This document shows, in pieces, positions 26,421-39,063 of a stretch of DNA of 64,000 bases (positions are counted from its first letter, which is position 1; each line of letters starts with the position of its first letter). Origin of the DNA: Podarcis melisellensis (Eukaryota); NCBI GenBank assembly GCA_964234715.1, contig OZ174278.1. One strand, 5' to 3'. Below the pieces are notes generated by a model, which was given only the letters and a program-made list of their open reading frames with translations, was not told the origin of the DNA and did no database searches. The position numbers were made by a program, and so were the translations under genes.

Positions 26421-27074
26421 CCGTATTTTTCGCTCCATAAGACACACTTTTTTCTTCCTAAAAAGTAAGGGGAAATGTTTGTGCGTCTTATGGAGTAAAT
26501 GCGTGGTCCCTGGAGCTGAATTGCCCAGGGGCAAAAAGCAGATCATGCTTTTTTTTTTTTGAAAGAGGAAAGTGGGTGTTGAAACAAAACTGCTGATCGT
26601 TTGCGACCAGGGAGTGAGATAAGGGACGCTAGAGATAAAGGAGGCTGCCTGGGAGGGGGGAGGTAAAGGCAGCAAACTTCCAAAGGGGGGAAACAGGAAG
26701 ACTAAAGCCATAAGGAGAGAAATTAGAAGAAAATGAGGAGCAAAAAACTGTTCCATCTAAGGAAAAGATACTACAACAAGGCAAACAAGAGGAAAGGGTG
26801 TGTAGAAAGGAAACAGCTGATCAGTGGGATCAGAAGAGAGATAAGGGACGCTAGTGGAGGCTGTCTGGGAGGAGGGAGGTAAAAGGCCATGGATCCTCAG
26901 GATTTTTGCATTGGGTCACCCAAAATTCACCATCAGATCACATGTCTGTGGTCACAGCATGAACCACAAAAATTATACATCCACTGTTTAGTTCAAAATA
27001 TTTTTTTTCTTATTTTCCTCTAAAAACTAGGTGCATCTTATGGTCAGGTGCGTCTTATGGAGCGAAAAATACGG
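26421..27074. mobile_element. Tc1/mariner Tc2-type (CCGTA-ended) non-autonomous element
   Basis: 27-bp TIR ccgtatttttcgctccataagac(a/g)cac (26/27 match), TA TSD. Confidence 0.9.
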
Positions 27075-29464
27075 TAACTTTTCTATTTTGAATCAGTAAG
27101 TGGGGTTCATTAAATGTCTCCTTGTACACCCATGTTTGTGTTTAAAATGAAATTGGTTTGGGATCCTGATCTAGATCAGGAACATTGAGTAGATGAAGGG
27201 GTGTTTACCGGTAATTCCCCTGCACTGTGGTCCTGACTAAGATTCTTCACTAACTGACACCAAAAGTGGCTGGGGCAAATAGTCCCTCTAAAGGGGTATT
27301 TTCATCATGACAATGGGACCAGGAGAAACAATCCAGATTGTAGCCCCACCCCCTAGCTGCTTTTCATTCAAAAACCATATACACATAAATGCAAAGACAT
27401 ATTTAAGATACTCTTTAGTTTGGCTCACAGAGGATGGAACAGATATCTAAGGATTAGGTTGCTGAGATTTGTCCATTAAAATCATATTTGCAAGGTTCAC
27501 TTGGAAGGTAATAAAGATTTTAGGAAATTTACAGAATTTTTATTCCAGTTTAGTAGGCAGTGACTATCATGAAAGTACTCACACAATTTCTTTCTCCTAG
27601 AATATTGAAATGTTAAGCTATTAGGGGAAATGAGCAAAGGAGTTACGCACCCATAATAACTCATAATTGCATGGTACAATAATTTTCATTGACCATAAAT
27701 AGAAAATGTAATTTTGGAAGTAGGAAGCTATTTTTACTAAGATAGCTATTTACATTTCAAGTATTTGAATATACGTGGGTGGGTTGTTTCCTGCATTAAC
27801 ACTCTTCTCTGTGCCAATTGAAAAATGTCAACCCAGAACTATTTCAGATTTTGCTAACTGCGTTTCCTGGCAGCCTTCATGCCATGTTAAATTCTGCTTT
27901 AGAGAGTCGCCTGAACTTCAAGAACAACTGTGTGTGTGTGTTTTTATGTGTGTGAGCATCCAAAGAGTTGCAGTGGAAAGGCAGGACAGTGGCATCCCAT
28001 CCAATATGATTAGCCAATCCGTTTTAGTTGGGAAATATCACTTAAGTCTGCATAATACCACTAATGCTTATGGGATAAGCACTGTAAATGCAACCCTTGA
28101 AAGGAACTGCTGGATAATTCTTTTTCTCTCTTTGTTATATTGATGACAGGATCAGGACATGAGGATACTGGTAGCACTCAGGCAAGAATCTCCAGCAGGT
28201 AGAAGTGCTGTTACGCATGACACCAATACATCCAGCTACCAGTACACCCAACAGTTTATTGTTGGTATTTGATGGCTAACTTTATCCCATCATGTATTCT
28301 AATCTATGTATAAGCAGTGATAAGTAATATAATTTTGATGCTGTCATATAAAGATTTTCCTAGAAACCCTAGTGTGATGACTTTGGGTGTTTGACTCCAC
28401 CATTCACCTAGAGCCCTATGGCATGCCATTCTGGCATAGATTCTCTTTCTGAAAACCCACCTGATCTTGGATGCTAGGTGAATTGGTGAGGGTAGGAAAG
28501 ACCACTGAGAGTTGCATGCATTAAGTCTGTATGTTTAAAGTGGCTTAAAGCACTGTAGCCCTAGCACAATGCATCCACTCCAAAAACAACAGACTTTTTG
28601 TGATTTGTTAAGTGACGGGGGAATGGATTGAAAAATGTGATATTAATGCATGATTAATGCAGAGATGTGTAAACAGCCTGCAAGCAAATCAGGTTGGATG
28701 CAGGATGAATATTCATTGTCATATAGCCACCCCATAAAAAACTAAAAATGAATGCTAAGTAAAGGCTGGGCATGATCTAACCATCGTGTCAGCTCTGTGC
28801 CAGCCAATCAGGAGCAATGCTTGATGAGCAGGTTGTCTGGAAAAACCCTGATTGTTAGTGCCATTCCCATGACTGTTGCCCATTCCTCCCAGGGATGTAT
28901 TAAGGGGGCCATGCACTCTTGAGGCCCCTTAAGGATATTTCTCTCTGTACAACGAGGCAAGGAGAGTCCAGCTCCACTGTTTTACTTCTAATCCTGGAAG
29001 AAAAACCAACACTTCTTAATGTATCACATACATTTAGAGATATTCCTCCCTTCCTTCCCTCACGTCTCACTCTAGTCAGGCTCTGTCAGACACCAAACAA
29101 TTCTGTGAGGCCAAATGATAGAGGACCACTAATCCAGATTTCAGCATTTGGGCCAGCACAAGTGTTTGTATCAGTAGATATGAAACTACTGAGCTGGAAG
29201 CATTTTTGTGATGCTGTCAAAGAAGTCTATTGGCTAAAAGCCACTGTGGTTATTTTTACAGCTCCTCTCAAGGTCTGTGACTGACAGGAGAAAAATCATC
29301 TTGTCTCAGACAAAAATGGTACTTTTGAGGCTGTTTTTATAGAGCTAGCTTGAATGCGGTGCTGTACCATAGTGACACAATTTGTCTCCAAAGAATTTAT
29401 TTAAAAAGAAGAAGATGACGAAGAGGTAAGCTGAAGCAATTAAACATAGAGAGGGAAAAATGAA

Positions 29465-30275
29465 TGTTAGCTCAATTTACCATTAATAATTTTAGAACCA
29501 GTAAGGGAGCTTACTGGCAAACAGGGGCTGGCTTGCCTCTCAGTGTTAATTTTTGGAGGTTCACGCCCAGCCTCAGTAATCAAATTTCTTGCTGGGAGGT
29601 GGGGCCAGCCCCATTTATAAATAGGGGATGGAGCTGACAATAGCCATACAGTCGGCTCTGGAGATTCACCCTCCTTACCCTCCCTTTGTTTAATGTTTCT
29701 TGTTTGCAGGTTAACTTTTTCTTCCTGTTTAACGGGCGCTGCTACAGCCTTTGACTGGTTGCTATTGAAGGACCGGGAAGAAATTTTCCTGCATTGGCAG
29801 GTTTTGTCTTCCCCGTAGCAATTTGTCACAACTTTGGTGGTTATGGCCTTGGGTGGAATCCTTTAGTCTTTTCTTCCCTATATATTTGGGGGGGGGATTG
29901 AAATGGTGACTCACCGCCCTGCAGCGGCAATTCCAGGGTCCCCTCTTAAAGAGGTTTTATATATATGGGTGTCACTGGCCATACACTGAAAAGTTGTCAG
30001 TGAACTAACCTGTGTGCGGGGATATGGGATTGGCTGCCTGCTACACTTATGTTTCACAGAGCACCCCCATATCCCATTTACCCTGATGAGCCCAAGTTCC
30101 CCCTGGCTGTGGGGCTGGGAGGGATACACGGCCAAGGCCTAAGCCAAGATCTTCCTACATTTGGAAGTTTAATAAAGTTGTGGCATAATTTTAATTCTAT
30201 ATAACATTTTCAGAGTCTTTATTCCTTCCTTATGATCCCTGGGGGCTGGGGCTTTCGCCGCCTGGTCATGCAATA
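29465..30275 (+). mobile_element. LTR-like element related to 6274-7174 (5' boundary uncertain)
   Basis: shares gtagcaa.t.gtcacaactt and aataaagttgtggc motifs; ends catgcaata versus cacgcaaca. Confidence 0.6.
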
Positions 30276-30535
30276 ATTTTTATTTATACCCTGCCCATCT
30301 GGGTAACTTTCCCCAGCCACTCTGTTCATCACAATTTAGAGATGGAAGATATAGTACTTCTTCTTTCACCTGGCATCCAGAAGTCACGAGGAAATGATTT
30401 CATTTTATTTGTACCACACTTTTTAGCTAAGATCCACTCCCAAAGCAGTTTACAATAAAATTCCAGTACCTGAGCTAGTTACTGCTACTGCAATTTAATC
30501 AGCCTGGATTTCAAAGTCTCAGCAGGGATTAAAGT

Positions 30536-30625
30536 GCAGGGCTATAGCTCAGTTGGTAGACTGTGGTGCTGATAATGCCAAGGTCGTAGGTTCAATCCCC
30601 ATAAGGGACAGCTGCATATTTCTGC
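30536..30625 (+). mobile_element. tRNA-Ile-derived SINE head
   Basis: A box tagctcagttgg, B box ggttcaatccc, tRNA-Ile-like gtgctgataatgccaagg; acceptor stem disrupted; second copy at ~42708-42762 (-). Confidence 0.7.
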
Positions 30626-31080
30626 TTCACTTTCCAGTTCAGTATTCCAGTTTTAATTCAGCCGCAAGGACTCCTGTAGATGCAACTTTGCCTCATTGTC
30701 ACATGTTCTATACCCGTTTTTCATGGTTCTCCTTCCAAGTAGAACCCCTACTTGATTTAGTACCTGAATTATTGCAAGTTCAAGGGAGTTTTCAGAGAGA
30801 AAGAAATTGTCTTTCAATGAGATTTCAATGTGCTCAATTAGAGAAAAGTCCAGTACTTTTTTGCACAACTGTTGCCAAGAAATCGTGGATGTAACGGACA
30901 GAAGTTTTTTCTGCCTAATCTTCTGAAGCTGATGAAAGGTAGGAGCAAAGGCCAAACTAGAGGGGGTGCCACTCACACAATTAGCAATTGGAAAATTGCC
31001 TTTAAAGTAGACTGTAGGCATTGGAAAGCAATTGGGACTGGGACCCTCATGTCTGAGTTAGGGGACCTTTTACGCTTTGA

Positions 31081-31320
31081 GCTAGTGTGGTGTAGTGGGT
31101 AAGAGCGGTAGACTCGTAATCTGGTGAACCGGGTTCGCTTCCCTGCTCCTCCACATGCAGCTGCTGGGTGACCTTGGACACTTCTCTGAAGTCTCTCAGC
31201 CTCACCTCACAGAGTGTTTGTTGTGGGGAAGGAAGGGAAAGGAGATTGTTAGCCGCTTTGAGACTCCTTAGGGTAGTGATATAGCAGGATATCAAACCCA
31301 AACTCTTCTTCTTCTTCTTT
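31081..31320 (+). mobile_element. Squam3-like SINE, near full length
   Basis: A box tggtgtagtgg, B box ggttcgcttcc, CORE-like gctgggtgaccttgg, (CTT)n tail. Confidence 0.85.
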
Positions 31321-32014
31321 GTCCCCTGCTATAGCCACAGTCAGTGGTCAACTCCTGAGTTTTGTATTGGGAGGGAAAATCCCATTTGCTTCAATGGGAG
31401 CTTCTTTGTATTGTAAGGAGTGGAAACCTTGATGTAGATTAGAACTGCAGCACCAAGCAAAGTATTAAAGCCCCCTCACCAAATGCCAGAGTCCTGATCC
31501 AGACAGGACCCCACCATGGTAAAAAAGCCCTAAGCCTTGATGCTGCTCTGTCAATGTTTGATGAAAGAATGATTAGGAATATTGATGATGTCTTCGCCTC
31601 CAAATCTTCATTTGAGGGGAAACAGAAGCTTTTAATCCACTTTCCTCTTAGGCCATAGCCATATTATCTCAAGCCCATCATCGTGTGTTAGAGCTATCGC
31701 AGTAATCCACATTTGTTCTCGGAAGAATCTCTAATCAGAATCTCTATTCTTCCCTCTTTCTAAAAATCATTTTTATCTAGCATCAGGGGGAACAGGAAGT
31801 GGCACATTCCCATTTTGCCTCAGGTAGTGAAATGGGACGGGCCATCCGGGCTGTGAGAGTGATGGAAACGAACAGTACATATAAGTTTGCCTATGCACAG
31901 TGTATGCACATTTGTGACATGTGGGCCCACAGGGCTGCATCTTTTAATTACTTAGTTACATCCTTGCCTCTGATGATGATCTTTACATATGAGCAGGTTC
32001 TGGTGGTGGTAGGT

Positions 32015-32150
32015 CAGGCATAGGCAAACTTGGCCCTCCAGATGTTTTGGGACTACAACTCCCATCATCCCTAGCTAACAGGATCAGTGGTCAGGGATGA
32101 TGGGAGTTGTAGTCCCAAAACATCTGGAGGGCCAAGTTTGCCCATGCCTG
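32015..32150. mobile_element. hAT (Charlie-like) palindromic MITE
   Basis: near-perfect ~55-bp inverted arms; 8-bp TSD tggtaggt / aggtaggt. Confidence 0.9.
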
Positions 32151-32869
32151 AGGTAGGTGATCCTTGCTTTGGATTGTGCTGTTTTAAAATATACATTTTT
32201 TAAAAAATGAATAAACACCACACTATGTCTAGCTTGCCTTTTTATAGTTACTACTTGATAGATAGGAGAACGTAAACACATAGGCCAATTGGATTTATAA
32301 GCTTTGTGTTCAGTTAGGTTCTGTCCTTCCTTCCAGTTCTTTATTGGGTGTTATTTAAGACAGGGATTTTGAATGTGGGGGACATACTCTCATTTTAAAA
32401 TACAGTACTGCTTTATTGTAAAATACCCTAATCAGGTTTATACCTAACATCTTGTTAGTCACTGCCGGCTCTATAAAACAAGGCACCGTGTCCCCTTAGC
32501 TGCCGTGTCTACATTTACAATTCATGAAGCATCCAGCACGACACTTCAGATTTATATACCTATAAACATTTAGGTTTCAGGGTAAATGAAGGACTGTATA
32601 TTAACATCTCTACTCGTTTCTTATTCCAGTATTTCAGACTAACTGGAAGCATGTTGGGAAGCAGATACAAGAGACCAGAAACTCGCATTGCACAAATCAG
32701 ATAGAAATCAACCTGGTCATAAAGCTAAGTGGCTCTCACCTAGATCTGAAAAATGAACTTCAAGATATAAAGGCTGGAATCAGGAGAAGTGTAAGGTCAT
32801 TAGAAGGGAGTGAATGGGATAGGCCAACTTTTATTTTTGAGCTCCAAAATATAAACAATGTTGAGTATC

Positions 32870-33000
32870 ATTGTCTAAACAAAAGGGTTTTCAGCAGGTG
32901 CCAAAAAGAGTCCAGTGATGACACCTGCCTGATTTCAATAGGCAGGGAGTTCCAAAGTTTAGGTGCTGCCACATTAAAAAACTGAGTTGGCATAAAGCTA
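32870..33000 (-). mobile_element. L2 3' ORF2 fragment
   Basis: minus strand reads FNVAAPKLWNSLPIEIRQ..LLKTLLF. Confidence 0.75.
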
Positions 33001-34124
33001 AACTGATGTTCAGAAGTAGTGGCATCAGCACAATTGGCAGTAAGCATCATGTGCATTGCAAGGAGGCAAGAAGTGATGATAACAGTAAAAATCCAGCCTA
33101 CCCTAATGCAGATCACCCCCTTGTGGGACAACATCCCTTGTTTCCTTTGCCCTCTCGGCAAGGCATTGCCAGTCATCCTTGCCCTTTCCTTTCCTTTCCT
33201 TTCCTTTGCCGTCTCCCTCTGTTGTTTCTGCTGCTGTCAATATTTAGATTGCAAACTCCATGGGGCAGGGAGCTGTCTTTTTTTGTAATGCTTGTGTTGT
33301 TGTACAATGGTGACATTGTATACATAATTAATGCCGCCAATAACTCTCTCCAAATAGCGTCTGCGTGCATATGGTTAAAACAAGGAGCATTGGGTAACCT
33401 TCAGGAAGAAGATATACAGCTGGCTTATGTTGCAATACAACAGTTGACCCAGCACAGCAGCAGCTTGTTTTCTGACTGTAATAAACTGAACACCCAGCTA
33501 GATTTGCTTTTAATCCCTGCAAAATGTAAAATGGATCGGCCTGTTTCTAATGCTAATCAGGTCTTTGTGCCCCGCTTGTGGGCTTCCCTAAAGCATCTGC
33601 CTGCCCGCTGTTGCAAATAGGTTGCGGACTCTTGGTCTGATCCAGTAACTTTCTTTTTATGTTCTTATACAGAGCCATGCTTTATACAGTACACATTTTT
33701 TTAAAGAAAAATATACAATATGAAATCATTATCATAATCATTTTAGAACCAAGCTGTTAGATTAAACTCTTTGAAATTTGTGCTCGCTGTCCTGGATTAT
33801 TGTCTCTCTAATGCATTGCAGTAGCAAGTTTTAAAACAATATGAATTTGAGAGCAACAAAGCTTTCTGTATGCGGTCCACAAATATTTACAATTCAATGA
33901 AAATGCAGATTGCTGTGTGACTTTGTAACACATGCAGAAATGTCGCTTAAATATATTCAGATGTGAGCACTAACAATATAGTTTGCATTTTGGTAGGGGG
34001 TTTAAAGGTGTTCATTTACAGCAAAAACCTTTGTTTGCTAAAATTAACCCAACACCATTTTGTTGCTTATTTTAGCTTGAAAGTCAGTGGGAACACAATG
34101 GGAGGGCACTGCTCTAACATCAAG

Positions 34125-34267
34125 GGAAGCTGTTCAGTGGTACAGCTTCTGCCTTGTGCGCAGAAGGTTCCAGGTTTAATCTGTGGCATCTTCAGGTAGG
34201 GATGGAAGAGATCCCTGGCTGAAATTTTGGAATGTCTCTGCCTGTCATGGTATACAACATTCTAGTA
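34125..34267 (+). mobile_element. decayed tRNA-derived SINE (Squam2-like)
   Basis: ttcagtggtacagc...gcagaaggttccaggtttaatc...caggtaggg; family shared with 38385-38570. Confidence 0.6.
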
Positions 34268-34404
34268 CAGTGTTTCCCAAATGTGGGTCTCCAGCTGTTT
34301 TTGGACTACAATTCCCATCATCCCTGACCACGGGTCCTGATAGCTAAGGGATGATGGGAGTTGTAGTCTAAAAACAGCTGGTGACCCAAGTTTGGGAAAC
34401 ACTG
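34268..34404. mobile_element. hAT-Charlie-like MITE
   Basis: TIR cagtgtttcccaaa / tttgggaaacactg; TSD ttctagta / gtctagta, resembling the Charlie NTCTAGAN target. Confidence 0.9.
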
Positions 34405-36502
34405 GTCTAGTACATCCACCGCTACACCTACAGTAGAGCTGTGTGCCTTCAGCATATTGCTGACAATGTACTCCAAAACTCCAGATAACCCAACTTAGTG
34501 GTTTTGTGTAGACGTTAAACAGCATAATTCTAATTAGCTACACAACCCAATCATTATACCACTTTCTTCTTATGCAAGACACTTTGTAACAATAACAACA
34601 AACATTTTCCTTACAAGGTTTCTGCATTGTGGTTAAAGACAAGACTTTTCTCCACAGCCCTTAAATAAAACTGCATCTGTAGCCTCTGACCGCTTGACTT
34701 AATGCAACGTTACCACTGCATTGGCAAGTCTACATGGCCACTCAGATTCTCCAGGATTTGTAATAGTGATAACATGGGGTTAACAACTTAAGAGACTGTG
34801 GAGAGCTGCCTTTTCATGCAGTACAGATTGACATCTAAAAAGCTTTTAAGGACATATCACTATCATGGTCTCCAGCCATCTGAATATAATCTCAATTTTA
34901 ATCTGTTGACAATTACACAGTGATTCAAGGCCAGTAAAGCTTCTATCCACCAATTATTCTCGGTGATGTACCAGAATGCACTGCCCATAAAAGTCTGATT
35001 CCATGGCATCTAAAAGAATGACTTCTTCAGTATGAACTTTCCCACATAGCTTTGTCAGCATACAGCTTGGTCAGGCACTCCTCTTCTTGAGTGTCTCAGT
35101 TATCTCAAGTTAGGTGTGTAGCTGCAAGGGCCATATCTTTCTCATTATGGAACTCCCAGTTTAGGGAGCCAATTAGGCTAGTTCTTTCAGGGTATTTCAG
35201 AGGGTGGCCAAGATCATTTAACTTCACAAAGCCTTTGAGAGAGAAGCTAAATGGGTATTATTTATGCTGATATTGGAAGTTTGTTGTGTGTTTTTAGCAC
35301 TCTGGTGGCGTTTCATGTGCTTTTAGATGTTTTGGAGTTTTTTTATGTGGTAACTTATAATAGATGGAAAGCACCTGGTCATTATTTTGTGCATTTGCTT
35401 TGGAATGAGTGGGAGTTGAACTGAATGGCCTCATTTTGCTCACTTTTTCATGTGTTCCGACACAAATGCACATCCTATGGAAATACATAACCTGATGGTG
35501 ATGGTGACAACAACAAACCATTATATTCATTTCACATGCCATTTTTTGGGGTGGGGGGTAGCCACATTCTGAGGAACATCTGGGGAACATCACCCAGAGA
35601 ATTTGTCATAAAAGAAAAGAGTGATTGTGAATAGTTTGAAAATTTGTTTGTTTTCTGTGAGGGGGATAAATAATTATGACTTATGTAGATGACTGAGGAA
35701 TATGTTCTTGGGCACTGCAGAATAAGGGCAATAATTACCGCACTGTTGAGAGGAAGAAAGTAGTATTCTGAAAATTGTTTCCAAATTAATACACATTTCC
35801 TCCAGGTTTTTTTTTTTTTTTGGTTTTTTTTTAAAGAAAGAGAAAATTAGCACTCTGGCTGTAGATGAGACAGATGCTCAGCCTCTAGCTACTGTACCTC
35901 CCGTGGCTCTCGTGATACCAGTCTGATTGAATATGAGCACAGCAGTGCTTTCTCTCCTTGAGACAGTCTGACAAATGTTCTTTGTGTGAAGGGGCATTTG
36001 GTTGCTCTAGTAAACAAAGCCTTTCTCCTTTCCTCCAGATGTCTGTAGAAATAATGACATCTCACAGTTCCCGTGCAACCCACCATATCTCATTCTCTCT
36101 AGAGAGATGGTGATGCACAGATGCCACCAGATAGCTCTTGTTACCAGCGCAAAGATGTTTGTAGCCATCAGGCTAAATGTTCCCTCGCTACACAAAATCC
36201 ACAGGAGATAGAAGTAGCTGTCCAAACCCCTCACAGCCCTCTTTCATGTCACTGGTGGCAATGAACAGCAACAAATTCTTCCATCAGATTGCTGGTTCGA
36301 CACAACATGATGGGTAAAAGTGTGAGCCATGGGCTAGAATGCCATTCCTGGTTCAGATCTCACCTCAGCCACAAACATGCCTGGTGCCATAGGAAGCCAC
36401 TGTTCACACTGCCCCAGCCTTCACTCCTCATCAGTGGTAGGGACTTTCAATACTCAAAAATAGCTGTGGCTACTGACAAAACACAATCCAGAAGGTGACC
36501 CG

Positions 36503-37065
36503 TGGAGATGGATCTACAAACTGTCTGAATATGCATTCATAATTCATCAGAAACCTGGAAAGCAGAATGGAGTCACAGATGCTCTCAGCAGTGAAAATAA
36601 GAGCAGTGAAAGCAGATATAGTCTGGTCCTGGGAAGGCAATATAGGGAACAATTTAAGGACCCTGAGCTGTATATAGTGAATCAACTGATGTATTGACAG
36701 AGACATATACAGGGGAGACTTGACCCAGTTATGGGGAAGAAAGAATACATCCATTGATTCTGTTGGAAACATACTTGCTTGTGGGAGCTGAAAGGATTTT
36801 TATGCTTGAATCCTTAGATAAAAGTACTTGAATGCATGATAATGATGCAGCTGGACACTTGGGGCTATGGACAGATATTTGACTTGGCATCAGACAGGTT
36901 TTTTTGGCTTGGCATGGCAAAGGTTGTTAAACAACAGGCACATTCATGTCTCATGTGCCAAGAAAGGGAAGTGCCAGCAAGATGAGAAAAATCACATTAG
37001 GGTAGGTGCCACAGTCTATGAAAACATGAGGATTTATTCAAATAGATTTGAAAGGTCCACTTCTG
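36503..37065 (+). mobile_element. Ty3/Gypsy LTR-retrotransposon pol relic (RNase H end, integrase HHCC, start of integrase core)
   Basis: WRWIYKLSEYAFIIHQKPGKQNGVTDALS; ...Q.KDPEL; HD..AAGHLG; DRFFWLGMAKVVKQQAHSCLMCQ; IQIDLKGPL, in canonical order across frameshifts and stops. Confidence 0.8.
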
Positions 37066-37074
37066 GAAAGAGCA

Positions 37075-37321
37075 GCTTGAAACCAGCATTTTCTTGCAGG
37101 ATGTTTGGAGGTTTTAGCTGGGGAGTTCAGCTTTAATATATCCTTGACCATCACATCCCCTTCTATCAGGGAAGATTGTTTTCTTCCACTGAGCATGCAG
37201 CATTGGCAGGCATGTACATGAAGCAGTGAGGGAGGACACTCAGTTAGCCATCCAGATCAGCTAAATGAACCCTCCTGATCAATGGGGTGACAGATGTTGA
37301 AGCCAGATTGCCCTCACATGC
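37075..37321 (-). pseudogene. RN7SK: 7SK snRNA retrocopy/pseudogene (decayed, 3'-incomplete)
   Basis: reverse complement atgtgagggcaatctggcttcaacatctgtcaccccattgatc...gctgatctgg...cctccctcac...ggtcaagg...aacctccaaaca is colinear with vertebrate 7SK; CpGs decayed; no upstream TATA. Confidence 0.9.
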
Positions 37322-37444
37322 AACTTGGAGGGTGTCTTTTTGCACTGTCGGCTGAAGGAATTCATGGGGAAATGCTTTCAGAGACAGTTTCAAATTGTCA
37401 TGGCAATGCCATGGTTTGCTGACAATATTATTATTTTACTGCTT

Positions 37445-37447
<3 letters not shown>

Positions 37448-37491
<44 letters not shown>
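37448..37491. repeat. (CA)n microsatellite
   Basis: direct reading. Confidence 0.95.
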
Positions 37492-37494
<3 letters not shown>

Positions 37495-37654
37495 ATTATT
37501 TGAATTTACCGTGTTTTCATTATTGTTATTTGCAATGTGTGTGTACACCTTTGGGCACCCTTCCCTTTGTTTACCTGGAAGTAGGGAAAGAGGTGTGATG
37601 GTGGTAGAAGCAATGGAAAGCAGGGAAGGGAAAATGACTGAAACACCAGAGAGG

Positions 37655-38070
37655 TGAATGCTACTAGCCCAAAAATAGAAAGATGAAGAATTACCAACAG
37701 AGGAAGAATGGCAGACGAAATTGATGGAATATGCTGAAATGGCAAAACTGAGGGGGAAAGATCAGAAACCAAGAGGATCAAGTATTTGTTAGAGACCGGA
37801 GTAAGTTTGTAGTTTACTTAAAAAACCACTGTAAACAGTTTAGATTATTGGTAGCGTTATAATGACATTTGTAATGTGAAATTGGTTATGATAATGAGGG
37901 ATATACAATAGTTGGATAAAGCATAAGATCCAGAAAACTAAAACTTTTATTATATGAACCTATGGGAGGAAGGGGAGGAAGTCTGAAGGTTCAGAGAACC
38001 TTGTAATTTGATGTTTGAATTGGTTAGAGATAAAGTGTATAAAAATGTGAAAATCTAATAAAAAAATTAT
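37655..38070 (+). mobile_element. L1 LINE 3' fragment
   Basis: MLLAQK*KDEELPTEEEWQTKLMEYAEMAKL...KFVVYLKNHC, squamate L1 ORF2 end, then 3' UTR ending aataaaaaaa. Confidence 0.85.
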
Positions 38071-38073
38071 ATA

Positions 38074-38321
38074 CAGTGGTACCTCGGGTTAAGTACTTAA
38101 TTAGTTCCAGAGGTCCGTTCTTAATCTGAAACTGTTCTTAACCTGAAGCACCACTTTAGCTAATGGGACCTCCTGCTGCCGCTGCACCGCCGGAGCACGA
38201 TTTCTGTTCTCATCCTGAAGCAAAGTTCTTAACCCGAGGTACCGGTAATATTTCTGGGTTATCGGAGTCTGTAACCTGAAGCGTATGTAACCTGAAGCAT
38301 ATGTAACCCGAGGTACCACTG
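38074..38321. mobile_element. Tigger-like MITE inserted at the L1 tail
   Basis: perfect TIR cagtggtacctcgggtta / taacccgaggtaccactg; TA TSD. Confidence 0.92.
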
Positions 38322-38384
38322 TATATATAAAGAAACACCAGAGAGATGGTTCCTGGGACTTGGAGTCTATCCTGGGTCTAACCA

Positions 38385-38570
38385 CATAGAAGCATAGGAA
38401 GCTGCCTTATGCTAAGTCAGACCACTTTTCCATGTAGCTCACTATCGCTTACACTGACTAGTATTGGCTTCCCAGGGTTTCAGGCAGGGGGCACTCCCAG
38501 CACAACCTGGAGATTGCAAGGATCTAACCTGGACATCCTGCAATGTCCTACCACTTAGCTATGGTCCTTA
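38385..38570 (-). mobile_element. tRNA-derived SINE with CR1-like tail (Squam2-like)
   Basis: cataggaagctgccttat...agtcagacca... tail and tagctatgg head on the reverse complement. Confidence 0.65.
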
Positions 38571-39063
38571 TGGCAGTAGCTCCCAAGCCACCATCCTTGT
38601 CCCTATCTGACTGCTGCAAGTTAGCAAACTGCTCTGCACTCATCCATAAATCAGAAGCATTCCTGCCTCCTCCACTTGGAACAGGAGCAGAACAAGGGGG
38701 GGGGGAGCAGGGAATAGGGGAGTGAGGGGAAGTTTGACTGACTGAGGCTTTCTTCAGTTTATATTAGTTAGTTTGTTCATATGTTCAGTTGTGAACACTA
38801 GCTGGTAGCATAGCAGAAAAACATGTCATGAGACAATTTGGATGAATGACCTTCACGCGGACTTCCCAACCAACAAATACTACCCCATGAGGGAAAAAGC
38901 TACTCCTATAATGTTCAGCCCAGGACAACTTTGTCCCTAAGCCACCCTAAGGTAAACAGGTAAGGAAAAACATTGATCAGTTATCAGACTGATCTGGACA
39001 TTGGAACCAGAGTTGACATGCCCCAAAATAATATAGGTTGCTCACTCAATTTCCCCCTTAAAG

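Noticed and set aside
27164-27181. Perfect 18-bp palindrome tcctgatctagatcagga
   Set aside because: Chance expectation in 64 kb is not negligible, and there is no supporting context.
30536-30612. Apparent tRNA-Ile(GAT) gene
   Set aside because: The acceptor stem does not pair, there is no T-run terminator, the sequence continues into SINE body, and a second decayed copy lies at ~42708-42762. It is a SINE head.
33006-33620. 204-aa ORF
   Set aside because: It spans a pyrimidine-rich low-complexity tract and repeat remnants, and shows no recognisable domain or splice structure.
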